64,000 bases of DNA from Hypanus sabinus (taxonomy: Eukaryota), in assembly GCF_030144855.1 (NCBI RefSeq), contig NC_082711.1, positions 104,036,001-104,100,000 of the forward strand. The letters run 5' to 3'. The translations under genes and the position numbers were made by a program. The notes beneath the pieces were generated by a model. It saw only the letters and a program-made list of their open reading frames with translations. It was not told where the DNA came from and did not search any database. This document shows, one piece after another, positions 15,001-26,800 of this stretch; the first letter of the stretch is position 1; each line of letters begins with the position of its first letter.

Positions 15001-18000
15001 ACCTCCCTGTCTCTGTAACCCCCTCCAAACCCTATAGACCTCCCTGTCTCTGTAACCCCCACCAAACCCTGTAAACCTCCCTGTCTCTGTAACCCACTCC
15101 AACCCCTATAAATCTCCCTGTCTCTGTAACCCCCACCAAACCCTATAAACCTCCCTGTCTCTGTAACCCCCACCAAACCCGATAAACCTCCGTCTCTGTA
15201 ACCCACTCCAACCCCTATAAACCTCCCTGTCTCTGTAACACCCACCAAACCCGATAAACCTCCCTGTCTCTGTAACCCTCTCCAAACCCTATAAACCTCC
15301 CTGTCTCTGTAACCCCCACCAAACCCTATAGACCTCCCTGTCTCTGTAACCCGCTCCAACCCCTATAAACCTCCCTGTCTCTGTAACCCCCACCAAACCC
15401 TGTAGACCTCCCTGTCTCTGTAACCCACTCCAAACCCTATAAACCTCACTGTCTCTGTAACCCACTCCAACCCCTTTAGACCTCCCTGTCTCTGTAACCC
15501 CCACCAAACCTTATAAACCTCCCTGTCTCTGTAACCCACTCCAAACCCTATAAACCTCCCTGTCTCTGTAACCCACTCCAACCCCTATACACCTCCCTGT
15601 CTCTGTAACCCACTCCAACCCCTATAAACCTCCCTGTCTCTGTAACCCCCACCACACCCTATAAACCTCCCTGTCTCTGTAACCCCTCCAACCCCTATAA
15701 ACCTCCCTGTCTCTGTAACCCACTCCAAACCCTATAAACCTCCCTGTCTCTGTAACCCCTCCAACCCCTATAAACCTCCCTGTCTCTGTAACCCACTCCA
15801 ACCCCTATAGACCTCACTGTCTCGGTAACCCCCACCAAACCCTATAAACCTCCCTGTCTCTGTAACCCACTCCAACCTCTATAAACCTCCCTGTCTCTGT
15901 AACCCTCTCCAACCAATATAAACCTCCCTGTCTCTGTAACCCACTCCGACCCCTATAAACCTCCCTGTCTGTAACCCCCACCAAACCCCTATAAACCTCC
16001 CTGTCTCTGTAACCCACTCCAACCCCTATAAACCTCCCTGTCTCTGTAACCCACTCCAACCAATATAAACCTCCCTGTCTCTGTAACCCACTCCGACCCC
16101 TATAAACCTCCCTGTCTGTAACCCCCACCAAACCCCTATAAACCTCCCTGTCTCTGTAACCCACTCCAAACCCTATAAACCTCCCTGTCTCTGTAACCCC
16201 CACCAAACCCTATAGACCTCCCTGTCTCTGTAACCCGCTCCAACCCCTATAAACCTCCCTGTCTCTGTAACCCCCACCAAACCCTATAGACCTCCCTGTC
16301 TCTGTAACCCACTCCAAACCCTATAAACCTCACTGTCTCTGTAACCCACTCCAACCCCTATAGAACTCCCTGTCACGGTAACCCCCACCAAACTCTATAA
16401 ACCTCCCTGTCTCTGTAACCCACTCCAACCCCTATAAACCTCCCTGTCTCTGTAACCCACTCCAACCCCTATAAACCTCCCTGTCTCTGTAACCCACTCC
16501 AACCCCTATAAACCTCCCTGTCTCTGTAACCCACTCCAACCCCTTTAAACCTCCCTGTCTCTTTAACCCACTCCAACCCCTATAAACCTCCCTGTCTCTG
16601 TAACCCCCACCAAACCTTATAAACCTCCCTGTCTCTGTAACCCACTCCAACCCCTATAAACCTCCCTGTCTCTGTAACCCCCACCAAACCCTGTAGACCT
16701 CCCTGTCTCTGTAACCCACTCCAAACCCTATAAACCTCACTGTCTCTGTAACCCACTCCAACCCCTTTAGACCTCCCTGTCTCTGTAACCCCCACCAAAC
16801 CTTATAAACCTCCCTGTCTCTGTAACCCACTCCAAACCCTATAAACCTCCCTGTCTCTGTAACCCACTCCAACCCCTATACACCTCCCTGTCTCTGTAAC
16901 CCACTCCAACCCCTATAAACCTCCCTGTCTCTGTAACCCCCACCACACCCTATAAACCTCCCTGTCTCTGTAACCCCTCCAACCCCTATAAACCTCCCTG
17001 TCTCTGTAACCCACTCCAAACCCTATAAACCTCCCTGTCTCTGTAACCCCTCCAACCCCTATAAACCTCCCTGTCTCTGTAACCCACTCCAACCCCTATA
17101 GACCTCCCTGTCTCGGTAACCCCCACCAAACCCTATAAACCTCCCTGTCTCTGTAACCCACTCCAACCTCTATAAACCTCCCTGTCTCTGTAACCCTCTC
17201 CATCCAATATAAACCTCCCTGTCTCTGTAACCCACTCCGACCCCTATAAACCTCCCTGTCTGTAACCCCCACCAAACCCCTATAAACCTCCCTGTCTCTG
17301 TAACCCACTCCAACCCCTATAAACCTCCCTGTCTCTGTAACCCACTCCAACCAATATAAACCTCCCTGTCTCTGTAACCCACTCCGACCCCTATAAACCT
17401 CCCTGTCTGTAACCCCCACCAAACCCCTATAAACCTCCCTGTCTCTGTAACCCACTCCAAACCCTATAAACCTCCCTGTCTCTGTAACCCCCACCAAACC
17501 CTATAGACCTCCCTGTCTCTGTAACCCGCTCCAACCCCTATAAACCTCCCTGTCTCTGTAACCCCCACCAAACCCTATAGACCTCCCTGTCTCTCTAACC
17601 CACTCCAAACCCTATAAACCTCACTGTCTCAGTAACCCACTCCAACCCCTATAGAACTCCCTGTCACGGTAACCCCCACCAAACTCTATAAACCTCCCTG
17701 TCTCTGTAACCCACTCCAACCCCTATAAACCTCCCTGTCTCTGTAACCCACTCCAACCCCTATAAACCTCCCTGTCTCTGTAACCCACTCCAACCCCTAT
17801 AAACCTCCCAGTCTCTGTAACCCACTCCAACCCCTTTAAACCTCCCTGTCTCTGTAACCCACTCCAACCCCTATAAACCTCCCTGTCTCTGTAACCCCCA
17901 CCAAACCTTATAAACCTCCCTGTCTCTGTAACCCACTCCAAACCCTATAAACCTCCCTGTCCCTGTAACCCACTCCAACCCCTATAAACCTCCCTGTCTC

Positions 18001-21000
18001 TGTAACCCACTCCAACCCCTATAAACCTCCCTGTCTCTGTAACCCCCACCAAACCCTATAAACCTCCCTGTCTCTCTAACCCCTCCAACCCCTATAAACC
18101 TCCCTGTCTCTGTAACCCACTCCAAACACTATAAACCTCACTGTCTCTGTAACCCCTCCAACCCCTATAAACCTCCCTGTCTCTGTAACCCACTCCAACC
18201 CCTATAGACCTCCCTGTCTCGGTAACTCCCACCAAACCCTATAAACCTCGCTGTCTCTGTAACCCCTCCAACCCCTATAAACCTCGCTGTCTCTGTAACC
18301 CCTCCAACACCTATAAACCTCCCTGTCTCTGTAACCCACTCCAACCTCTATAAACCTCCCTGTCTCTGTAACCCTCTCCAACCAATATAAACCTCCCTGT
18401 CTCTGTAACCCACTCCGACCCCTATAAACCTCCTTGTCTGTAACCCCCACCAAACCCCTATAAACCTCCCTGTCTCTGTAACCCACTCCAACCCCTATAA
18501 ACCTCCCTGTCTCTGTAACCCTCTCCAACCAATATAAAACTCCCTGTCTCTGTAACCAACTCCGACCCCTATAAACCTCCCTGTCTGTAACCCCCACCAA
18601 ACCCCTATAAACCTCCCTGTCTCTGTAACCCACTCCAACCCCTATAAACCTCCCTGTCTCTGTAACCCCCACCAAACCCTATAAACTTCCCTGTCTCTGT
18701 AACCCACTCCAAACCCTATAAACCTCCCTGTCTCTGTAACCCCCACCAAACCCTATAGACCTCCTTGTCTCTGTAACCCACTCCAACCCCTATAAACCTC
18801 CCTGTCTCTGTAACCCCCTCCAAACCCTATAGACCTCCCTGTCTCTGTAACCCCCACCAAACCCTGTAAACCTCCCTGTCTCTGTAACCCACTCCAACCC
18901 CTATAAATCTCCCTGTCTCTGTAACCCCCACCAAACCCTATAAACCTCCCTGTCTCTGTAACCCCCACCAAACCCGATAAACCTCCGTCTCTGTAACCCA
19001 CTCCAACCCCTATAAACCTCCCTGTCTCTGTAACACCCACCAAACCCTATAAACCTCCCTGTCTCTGTAACCCTCTCCAAACCCTATAAACCTCCCTGTC
19101 TCTGTAACCCCCACCAAACCCTATAGACCTCCCTGTCTCTGTAACCCGCTCCAACCCCTATAAACCTCCCTGTCTCTGTAACCCCCACCAAACCCTGTAG
19201 ACCTCCCTGTCTCTGTAACCCACTCCAAACCCTATAAACCTCACTGTCTCTGTAACCCACTCCAACCCCTTTAGACCTCCCTGTCTCTGTAACCCCCACC
19301 AAACCTTATAAACCTCCCTGTCTCTGTAACCCACTCCAAACCCTATAAACCTCCCTGTCTCTGTAACCCACTCCAACCCCTATACACCTCCCTGTCTCTG
19401 TAACCCACTCCAACCCCTATAAACCTCCCTGTCTCTGTAACCCCCACCACACCCTATAAACCTCCCTGTCTCTGTAACCCCTCCAACCCCTATAAACCTC
19501 CCTGTCTCTGTAACCCACTCCAAACCCTATAAACCTCCCTGTCTCTGTAACCCCTCCAACCCCTATAAACCTCCCTGTCTCTGTAACCCACTCCAACCCC
19601 TATAGACCTCACTGTCTCGGTAACCCCCACCAAACCCTATAAACCTCCCTGTCTCTGTAACCCACTCCAACCTCTATAAACCTCCCTGTCTCTGTAACCC
19701 TCTCCAACCAATATAAACCTCCCTGTCTCTGTAACCCACTCCGACCCCTATAAACCTCCCTGTCTGTAACCCCCACCAAACCCCTATAAACCTCCCTGTC
19801 TCTGTAACCCACTCCAACCCCTATAAACCTCCCTGTCTCTGTAACCCACTCCAACCAATATAAACCTCCCTGTCTCTGTAACCCACTCCGACCCCTATAA
19901 ACCTCCCTGTCTGTAACCCCCACCAAACCCCTATAAACCTCCCTGTCTCTGTAACCCACTCCAAACCCTATAAACCTCCCTGTCTCTGTAACCCCCACCA
20001 TACCCTATAGACCTCCCTGTCTCTGTAACCCGCTCCAACCCCTATAAACCTCCCTGTCTCTGTAAACCCAACCAAACCCTATAGACCTCCCTGTCTCTGT
20101 AACCCACTCCAAACCCTATAAACCTCACTGTCTCTGTAACCCACTCCAACCCCTATAGAACTCCCTGTCACGGTAACCCCCACCAAACTCTATAAACCTC
20201 CCTGTCTCTGTAACCCACTCCAACCCCTATAAACCTCCCTGTCTCTGTAACCCACTCCAACCCCTATAAACCTCCCTGTCTCTGTAACCCACTCCAACCC
20301 CTATAAACCTCCCTGTCTCTGTAACCCACTCCAACCCCTTTAAACCTCCCTGTCTCTTTAACCCACTCCAACCCCTATAAACCTCCCTGTCTCTGTAACC
20401 CCCACCAAACCTTATAAACCTCCCTGTCTCTGTAACCCACTCCAAACCCTATAAACCTCCCTGTCCCTGTAACCCACTCCAACCCCTGTAAACCTCCCTG
20501 TCTCTGTAACCCACTCCAACCCCTATAAACCTCCCTGTCTCTGTAACCCCCACCAAACCCTATAAACCTCCCTGTCTCTCTAACCCTTCCAACCCCTATA
20601 AACCTCCCTGTCTCTGTAACCCACTCCAAACACTATAAACCTCACTGTCTCTGTAACCCCTCCAACCCCTATAAACCTCCCTGTCTCTGTAACCCACTCC
20701 AACCCCTATAGACCTCCCTGTCTCGGTAACTCCCACCAAACCCTATAAACCTCGCTTTCTCTGTAACCCCTCCAACCCCTATAAACCTCGCTGTCTCTGT
20801 AACCCCTCCAACCCCTATAAACCTCCCTGTCTCTGTAACCCACTCCAACCTCTATAAACCTCCCTGTCTCTGTAACCCTCTCCAACCAATATAAACCTCC
20901 CTGTCTCTGTAACCCACTCCGACCCCTATAAACCTCCCTGTCTGTAACCCCCACCAAACCCCTATAAACCTCCCTGTCTCTGTAACCCACTCCAACCCCT

Positions 21001-22620
21001 ATAAACCTCCCTGTCTCTGTAACCCCCACCAAACCCTATAAACTTCCCTGTCTCTGTAACCCACTCCAAACCCTATAAACCTCCCTGTCTCTGTAACCCC
21101 CACCAAACCCTATAGACCTCCCTGTCTCTGTAACCCACTCCAACCCCTATAAAACTCCCTGTCTCTGTAACCCCCACCAAACCCTATAGACCTCCCTGTC
21201 TCTGTAACCCACTCCAATCCCTATAAACCTCCCTGTCTCTGTAACCCACTCCAACCCCTATAAACCTCCCTGACTCTGTAACCCCCAGCACACCCTATAA
21301 ACCTCCCTGTCTCTGTAACCCACTCCATCCCCTATAGACCTCCCTGTCTCTGTAACCCACTCCAACCCCTATAGACCTCCCTGTCTCTGTAACCCCCACC
21401 AAACCCTATAAACCTCCCTGTCTCTGTAACCCACTCCAACCCCTGTAAACCTCCCTGTCTCTGTAACACACTCCAACCCCTATAGACCTCCCTGTCTCTG
21501 TAACCCCCACCAAACCCTATAAACCTCCCTGTCTCTGTAACCCACTCCAACCCCTGTAAACCTCCCTGTCTCTGTAACACACTCCAACCCCTATAAACCT
21601 CCCTGTCTCTGTAACCCACTCCAACCCCTATAGACCTCCCTGTCTCTGTAACCCACTCCAACCCCTATAGACCTCCCTGTCTCTGTAACCCACTCCAACC
21701 CCTATAGACCTCCCTGTCTCTGTAACCCCCACCAAACCCTATAAACCTCCCTGTCTCTGTAACCCACTCCAACCCCTATAAACCTCCCTGTCTCTGTAAC
21801 ACACTCCAACCCCTATAAACCTCCCTGTCTCTGTAACCCACTCCAACCCCTATAAACCTCCCTGTCTCTGTAACCCCCACCAAACCCTATAAACCTCCCT
21901 GTCTCTGTAACCCCCACCAAACCCTGTAAACCTCCCTGTCTCTGTAACCCACTCCAACCCCTATAAACCTCCCTGTCTCTGTAACCCCCACCAAACCCTA
22001 TAAACCTCCCTGTCTCTGTAACCCACTCCAAACCCTATAAACCTCCCTGTCTCTGTAACCCACTCCAACCCCTATAAACCTCCCTCTCTGTAACCCACTC
22101 CAGCCCCTATAAACCTCCCTGTCTCTGTAACCCACTCCAACCCCTATAAACCTCCCTGTCTCTGTAACCCCTCCAACCCCTATAAACCTCCCTGTCTCTG
22201 TAACCCACTCCAAACCCTATAAACCTCCCTGTCTCTGTAACCCCTCCAACCCCTATAAACCTCCCTGTCTCTGTAACCCACTCCAACCCCTATAGACCTC
22301 CCTGTCTCGGTAACCCCCACCAAACCCTATAAACCTCCCTGTCTCTGTAACCCCTCCAACCCCTATAAACCTCCCTGTCTCTGTAACCCACTCCAACCCC
22401 TATAGCCCTCCCTGTCTCTGTAACCCTCTCCAACCCCTATAAACCTCCCTGTCTCTGTAACCCACTCCAACCCCTATAAACCTCCCTGTCTGTAACCCCC
22501 ACCAAACCCCTATAAACCTCCCTGTCTCTGTAACCAACACCAACCCCTATAAACCTCCCTGTCTGTAACCCCCACCAAACCCCTATAAACCTCCCCGTCT
22601 CTGTAACCCCCACCAAACCC
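1..22620. repeat. 37-bp tandem satellite array (~610 monomers), homogeneous core; continues off the left edge
   Basis: Constant 27-mer CTATAAACCTCCCTGTCTCTGTAACCC plus a 10-nt variable part, ACTCCAACCC (type A) or CCACCAAACC (type B), with hybrids. The type A monomer has 17 C and 2 G on the + strand. Monomer count is length/37. Confidence 0.99.
12785..20400. repeat. Tandem 3,795-bp higher-order duplication inside the satellite (two copies)
   Basis: Near-identical ORF-track entries recur at an exact 3,795 offset: 12785/16580, 13301/17096, 13928/17723, 14407/18202, 15289/19084, 15814/19609, 16432/20227. Confidence 0.9.
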
Positions 22621-24436
22621 TATAGACCTCCCTGTCTGTAACCCCCACCAAACCCCATGGGCATCCTTGTCTCTACAACCCCACTCCAACCTTTTCAGAC
22701 CTCCCTCTGTGTAATCCCACTCCAACTCCCATCTCTGTAGCAGTCCCCAACCCAACAGGCCCCCTCTGTCCCTGTAACAGCCTCCTGAACCTATATTAGT
22801 CCATGCCTCTGTTACATCCTCCAACCCTTATAGACCTCCATCTCTGTAACCCCTTCCAACCTCTATAGAACTCCCTGTGACAGTCTCCAGACCTACAGAC
22901 CTCTTTTTCTCAATAACCGAGCTCCAAACCCTTTAGACCTCCTTCTCTGTAACCCCATTCCAACCCCTTTAGACTTTCCTCTTTGTAACACCCCTCCAAC
23001 TCCTATAGACTGTCCTGTCTCTATGACAGTCTTCAGACCAGAGAGATCTCCCTGTCTCTGTAAACCCAATAGAACCCTTCAGTCCCCCTCTCTGTAACCC
23101 CAGTCTAATCCCTATCTGTGGCCCTGTCCCTGTAACAGTCACCAATCTCTGCTGATCCCCTCTCTCTGTAACCCCCCTGCAACCACTATAGACATCCCAG
23201 TCTCAGTTACAGTTTCCAGATCCTATAGACCATATCTCCATAACCATCTCCAGTACCTTTGGACCTCCCTGTCTCTGTAACCCCCAGCAATATGTACAGA
23301 TCTCCCAAACTCTGTAACCTCCTCCAACTCCCATTCAATTCCTATAAACCTCCTTGTCTGTGAAACCAACCTAGAGATCTTCTTGTCACTGTAAACCCCT
23401 CCTGTCTCTATAGACCTTTTCATCTCTGTAAACATCTCTAACTCCTATAGAATTCTCTCTCTCAGGAACCTACTCCAACCCCAACTGACCACCTTGTCCC
23501 TGTATGCCTGTCCAACCCCTTTAGATCTCCCTGTCTTTGTAACAGTTTGGACATCCTATCGACCCACTATCTCAATAATGCTCTCCAGCCTACCTTTAGA
23601 GTGCCTAGTCTCTGTTATACTCTCCAGATCGTATAGACTTCCCTGTCTCTGCTACCGCCATTGACCTCCCTGTGTCTGTATTCCCCTCCAACACCAATAG
23701 ACCTCGCTTTCACTGTAACACCCTCCAACCTCTATTGAACTCCTTATCCCTGTAACAGTCGCCAACCCTCATGTGAGAGTCTGCAGAACTGATGGGCCTC
23801 CATCTCTATAAACCCCACTACCCCCAATGGAACTCCCTGTCTCTGTAACAGTCACCCAATTGTAGATAGACCTTCCTCTATCTGTAAACCACCTCCCTCT
23901 CTCTCTGTAACCACCTGCAACATCCACAGAGCTCCCTATCTCTGTAACAGTCTCCAGACCCTATAGTCCACACTCCCTGTAACACCCTCCAACCCATATA
24001 CACCTCCCAGTCTCCATAACCCCCTCCAAGCCCTTCAGACCTCCCTGACTCCGTAATCCCTACAACCCAAATAGACCTCCCTGTCTCTGTAACACCCTCC
24101 GGATCCCTGGAGACCTCCCTGTCTCTGTAACAGTCTACAGCCCCTGGAGACCTTCATGTCTCAGTAACCCACTCCAACCCCTATAAACCTCCTGTGTCTG
24201 TAAACCCCTTCAACCCCTACAGACCTTATCACCTCTGTAACCCGCTCCATCCCCTATAGACCTCCCTGTCTCTGTAACAGTCTACAGCCCCTGGAGACCT
24301 TCATGTCTCAGTAACCCACTCCAACCCCTATAAACCTCCTGTGTCTGTAAACCCCTTCAACCCCTACAGACCTTATCACCTCTGTAACCCGCTCCATCCC
24401 CTATAGACCTCCCTGTCTCTGTAACAGGCTCCAAAC
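22621..24436. repeat. Degenerate edge of the 37-bp satellite (divergent monomers)
   Basis: The motifs CCTAT(A/G)GAC..CTGTCTCTGTAAC persist at ~37-bp spacing with many substitutions. The last recognisable monomer ends at ...CTGTAACAGGCTCCAAAC (~24436). Confidence 0.93.
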
Positions 24437-24599
24437 TGGTGAACTCTCCTCCTCGGGAAATGGGGTTTCAATGAAGGGTTTAAGGAATGCAGAGCCGGAC
24501 AGTCTTCCTCATCGTACTCCGGATCACTGCTCAGGCTCGTGTCGGGGAGCTCGGATCCCTTGGTTAACTGGAGAACCAGGTAACCTGGACGAGTGTTTC

Positions 24600-25788
24600 C
24601 CTCTCCTGGCGGAGGTAGTGCCACCTCGACTTGTTACCTCCTCCCAATGGGACAGGATCCGGCAGGCATGGGGTGGCCAACTGGAACCTCGAACTGGGTC
24701 AGTTTAGTTGTTCAGTTGGCATGATTTTGTAAGGTCTACAGGACGGTGGGCAGTGTCTTGGGCCATTTTTACCCATTTTCTTGACATGCTTTAGCCAATG
24801 TATACCTGTGCATCCCGTTCATTCATTCCGCCAGCCCAGGGGACTGAGGTTGATAGGGGATTTATTACTTCATCTGGGAATTCCACCTCCCATATTTTTC
24901 CAAAGGGTCCCGAAGTCATGTACTACCCCAAAGGCAAAACAAGGGTCAATATAGATATTGGCGGTCTTCCGGGTGGCGAAGATACACGCCCGGGTTAACG
25001 CACAGGACTCACCTGCCTCAGAGGATGTGCCGAGGGGGAGGGCTGATGTTACTATCTCCTCTACATTCAGCCAACCATGGGGTTCATCAGGACCAGGGAG
25101 AGGCATTAAAGTGGAAGATTTAGGGCTGTTGCTGTGTGAAAAGAGAGGTTCGGTTTACATAGCAACATCACGTCTTAGCCGGTTCGGCGAGTTACGGTCA
25201 AATGCTGTTGCTGCTGAGTTGAGGAGTGGCAGCACTGAGTGGGGAGTGAGAACGGTGCAGCCATGATCTAAGACCAGTGGCGTGGCCTTTCCCACCATAA
25301 TGATGGTGGCAGCCACGGAACGGAGGCAGGTAGGCATGCTGCAGACCTCAGGGGGCAAAAGGGTTGAATAGTCGGCTACAGACGACCAAAGTCCACCATG
25401 TTCTTGGGACACAACAACACTAGTAAAACCGTCCTTTTCATCCACAAAATGTGAGAAGGGCTTATTAAAGTTTGGTAGCCCTAGTGCAGGAGCCTGTGTC
25501 AGAGCTTATGTCAGGCCGGTGAAGGCCTTTTCCATTTCCTCTGTCCCGTGGATGATTTCAGGCGCAGTTTGTATCAAAGCCTCCTGAAGGGTCTTGTTGT
25601 AGATCCTGTATTCAGGGACCCAGTGCCTGCAATAGTTGGTCATGCCTAGAAAGGTCATCACCTGCTTCTTGGTGGAAGGCTTAGGAGCCTATGGGATGGC
25701 AGAATACGTTCAGGATCTAAACTTTGCATGCCCTCCTGTGATATCTGCTCCAAGTAGGTGACAACTGTTTGGCAGTACAGTAATTTAG
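24600..25788 (-). mobile_element. pol: Endogenous retrovirus pol remnant, class I (epsilon-like): RT C-terminus, connection, partial RNase H, integrase trace
   Basis: The minus strand translates KLLYCQTVVTYL..LDPERI/APKPSTKKQVMTFLGMTNYCRHWVP..APALGLPNFNKPF..CLRSVAA..LTPHSV..ALTRA..ANIYIDPCFAFGVVHDFGTLWK. GVVHDFG.LW is characteristic of epsilonretroviral RNase H. Stops, frameshifts and internal deletions are present. Confidence 0.88.
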
Positions 25789-25866
25789 ACAGAGAAGCAT
25801 TTATTTCCACTGCTACATTTATTTAAACTTTGAAGATTCATTACTTTTAGTGAAGGATTTATGATT

Positions 25867-26794
25867 AACCTTAGATATTGATAATCCAAGATGGCGGCGC
25901 GATGCAGCTTGCAGCGGCCACTCCAGAGCTGATTGTCTGTTATTTGTGAAGTGGGGTGCCGTGCACAATCATAATCAATTGAAAACTGACGTGGGAGCAC
26001 AGAGAAACATCGGGTAATTCCAGGAAGACCTTCTTTGTTACTGCTGCTGCTGTGAAGTCCGGGACTCTGCTGGGAAGAGCAGACCCCAGTCCTCGGGGTC
26101 ACGTTGCCGATGGCCATTTGTGGGGGCTGTCTTAATATGCCCGGCAGAGGATGGTGCTCAGAGAAGCTGTGCCGGAGCGGATGGTCGTCGGCTCGGAGGT
26201 TCGATGGACTCAGGTCACTTTCGGTGTGTACTTCATCTGCAAGGCTGGTTTCGATGGGGCTTCCATTGTGTGCTGCGTCTGTGAGGCTGAGTCGGGCGGC
26301 ACCTTGGAAGTCCATAGTGGGGGTATTCCCTTCTGCCGCCGGTGTGGAATGGTGAGTCTGTCGGAACCCTGGGGACTTGTGGAAACTGTGGTGATTTCTT
26401 TTGAACTTACAGTCCTTTAACATCTTGGACTATTTTTACTGTGCCCATAGTCTGGTTTTTTTAATCAATTATGCCATCGTTTGCACTGTTGTAACTATAT
26501 GTTGTAATTATGTGGTTTTGTGCAGGTATTGTAGCTTTAGTTTTTGGTTTTGTTTTGTCTGGTGGATTTGGAGCTCCTTTCCGGGGAACGTGCTAAGATG
26601 GTAGTGCGATATTAATACGCAGCAGCCTCTCCAGGCTCTGGATTGGGGATTGCCAAACGTTACGTGGATTTTCTAGTGTAGTCTGTTTTGTCATATGTTT
26701 TTGTGATATCATTCTGGGGGAACATTGTCTCATTTTTTTAACTGGATTGCATTTGTGGTTTCTAAAAGACAATAAACTGAATCTCTATCTGAAT
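25867..26794 (+). mobile_element. Unclassified ~930-bp non-coding retroposon-like insert in the L1 5' UTR
   Basis: It interrupts L1 5' UTR colinearity, has a GC-rich head starting AAGATGGCGGCG (25888), and ends GACAATAAACTGAATCTCTATCTGAAT (poly(A) signal plus short repeat tail). No protein similarity recognised. Confidence 0.65.
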
Positions 26795-26800
26795 TTAATT

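Noticed and set aside
1-22620. CRISPR-like appearance (constant 27-mer plus variable 10-mer)
   Set aside because: The variable parts are a few recurring variants rather than unique spacers, there are no cas genes, and the context is vertebrate.
1-22620. Homology to the human subtelomeric 37-bp (TAR1/TERRA promoter) repeat
   Set aside because: Only the unit length coincides. This unit lacks CpG and I see no sequence evidence of homology.
154-22824. Dozens of minus-strand ORFs (VTETGRFIG.. / YRDREVYRG.. / LQRQGGL) in the satellite
   Set aside because: These are translations of a 37-bp unit cycling through three frames, using GTG/TTG starts. There are no splice signals or domain similarity.
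24121-24420. 147-bp period as a nucleosome-positioning signal
   Set aside because: It equals four monomers minus one base and has only two copies, so the match is coincidental.
25785-26423. 212-aa minus-strand ORF
   Set aside because: It lies antisense across the unclassified retroposon and has no recognisable motif.
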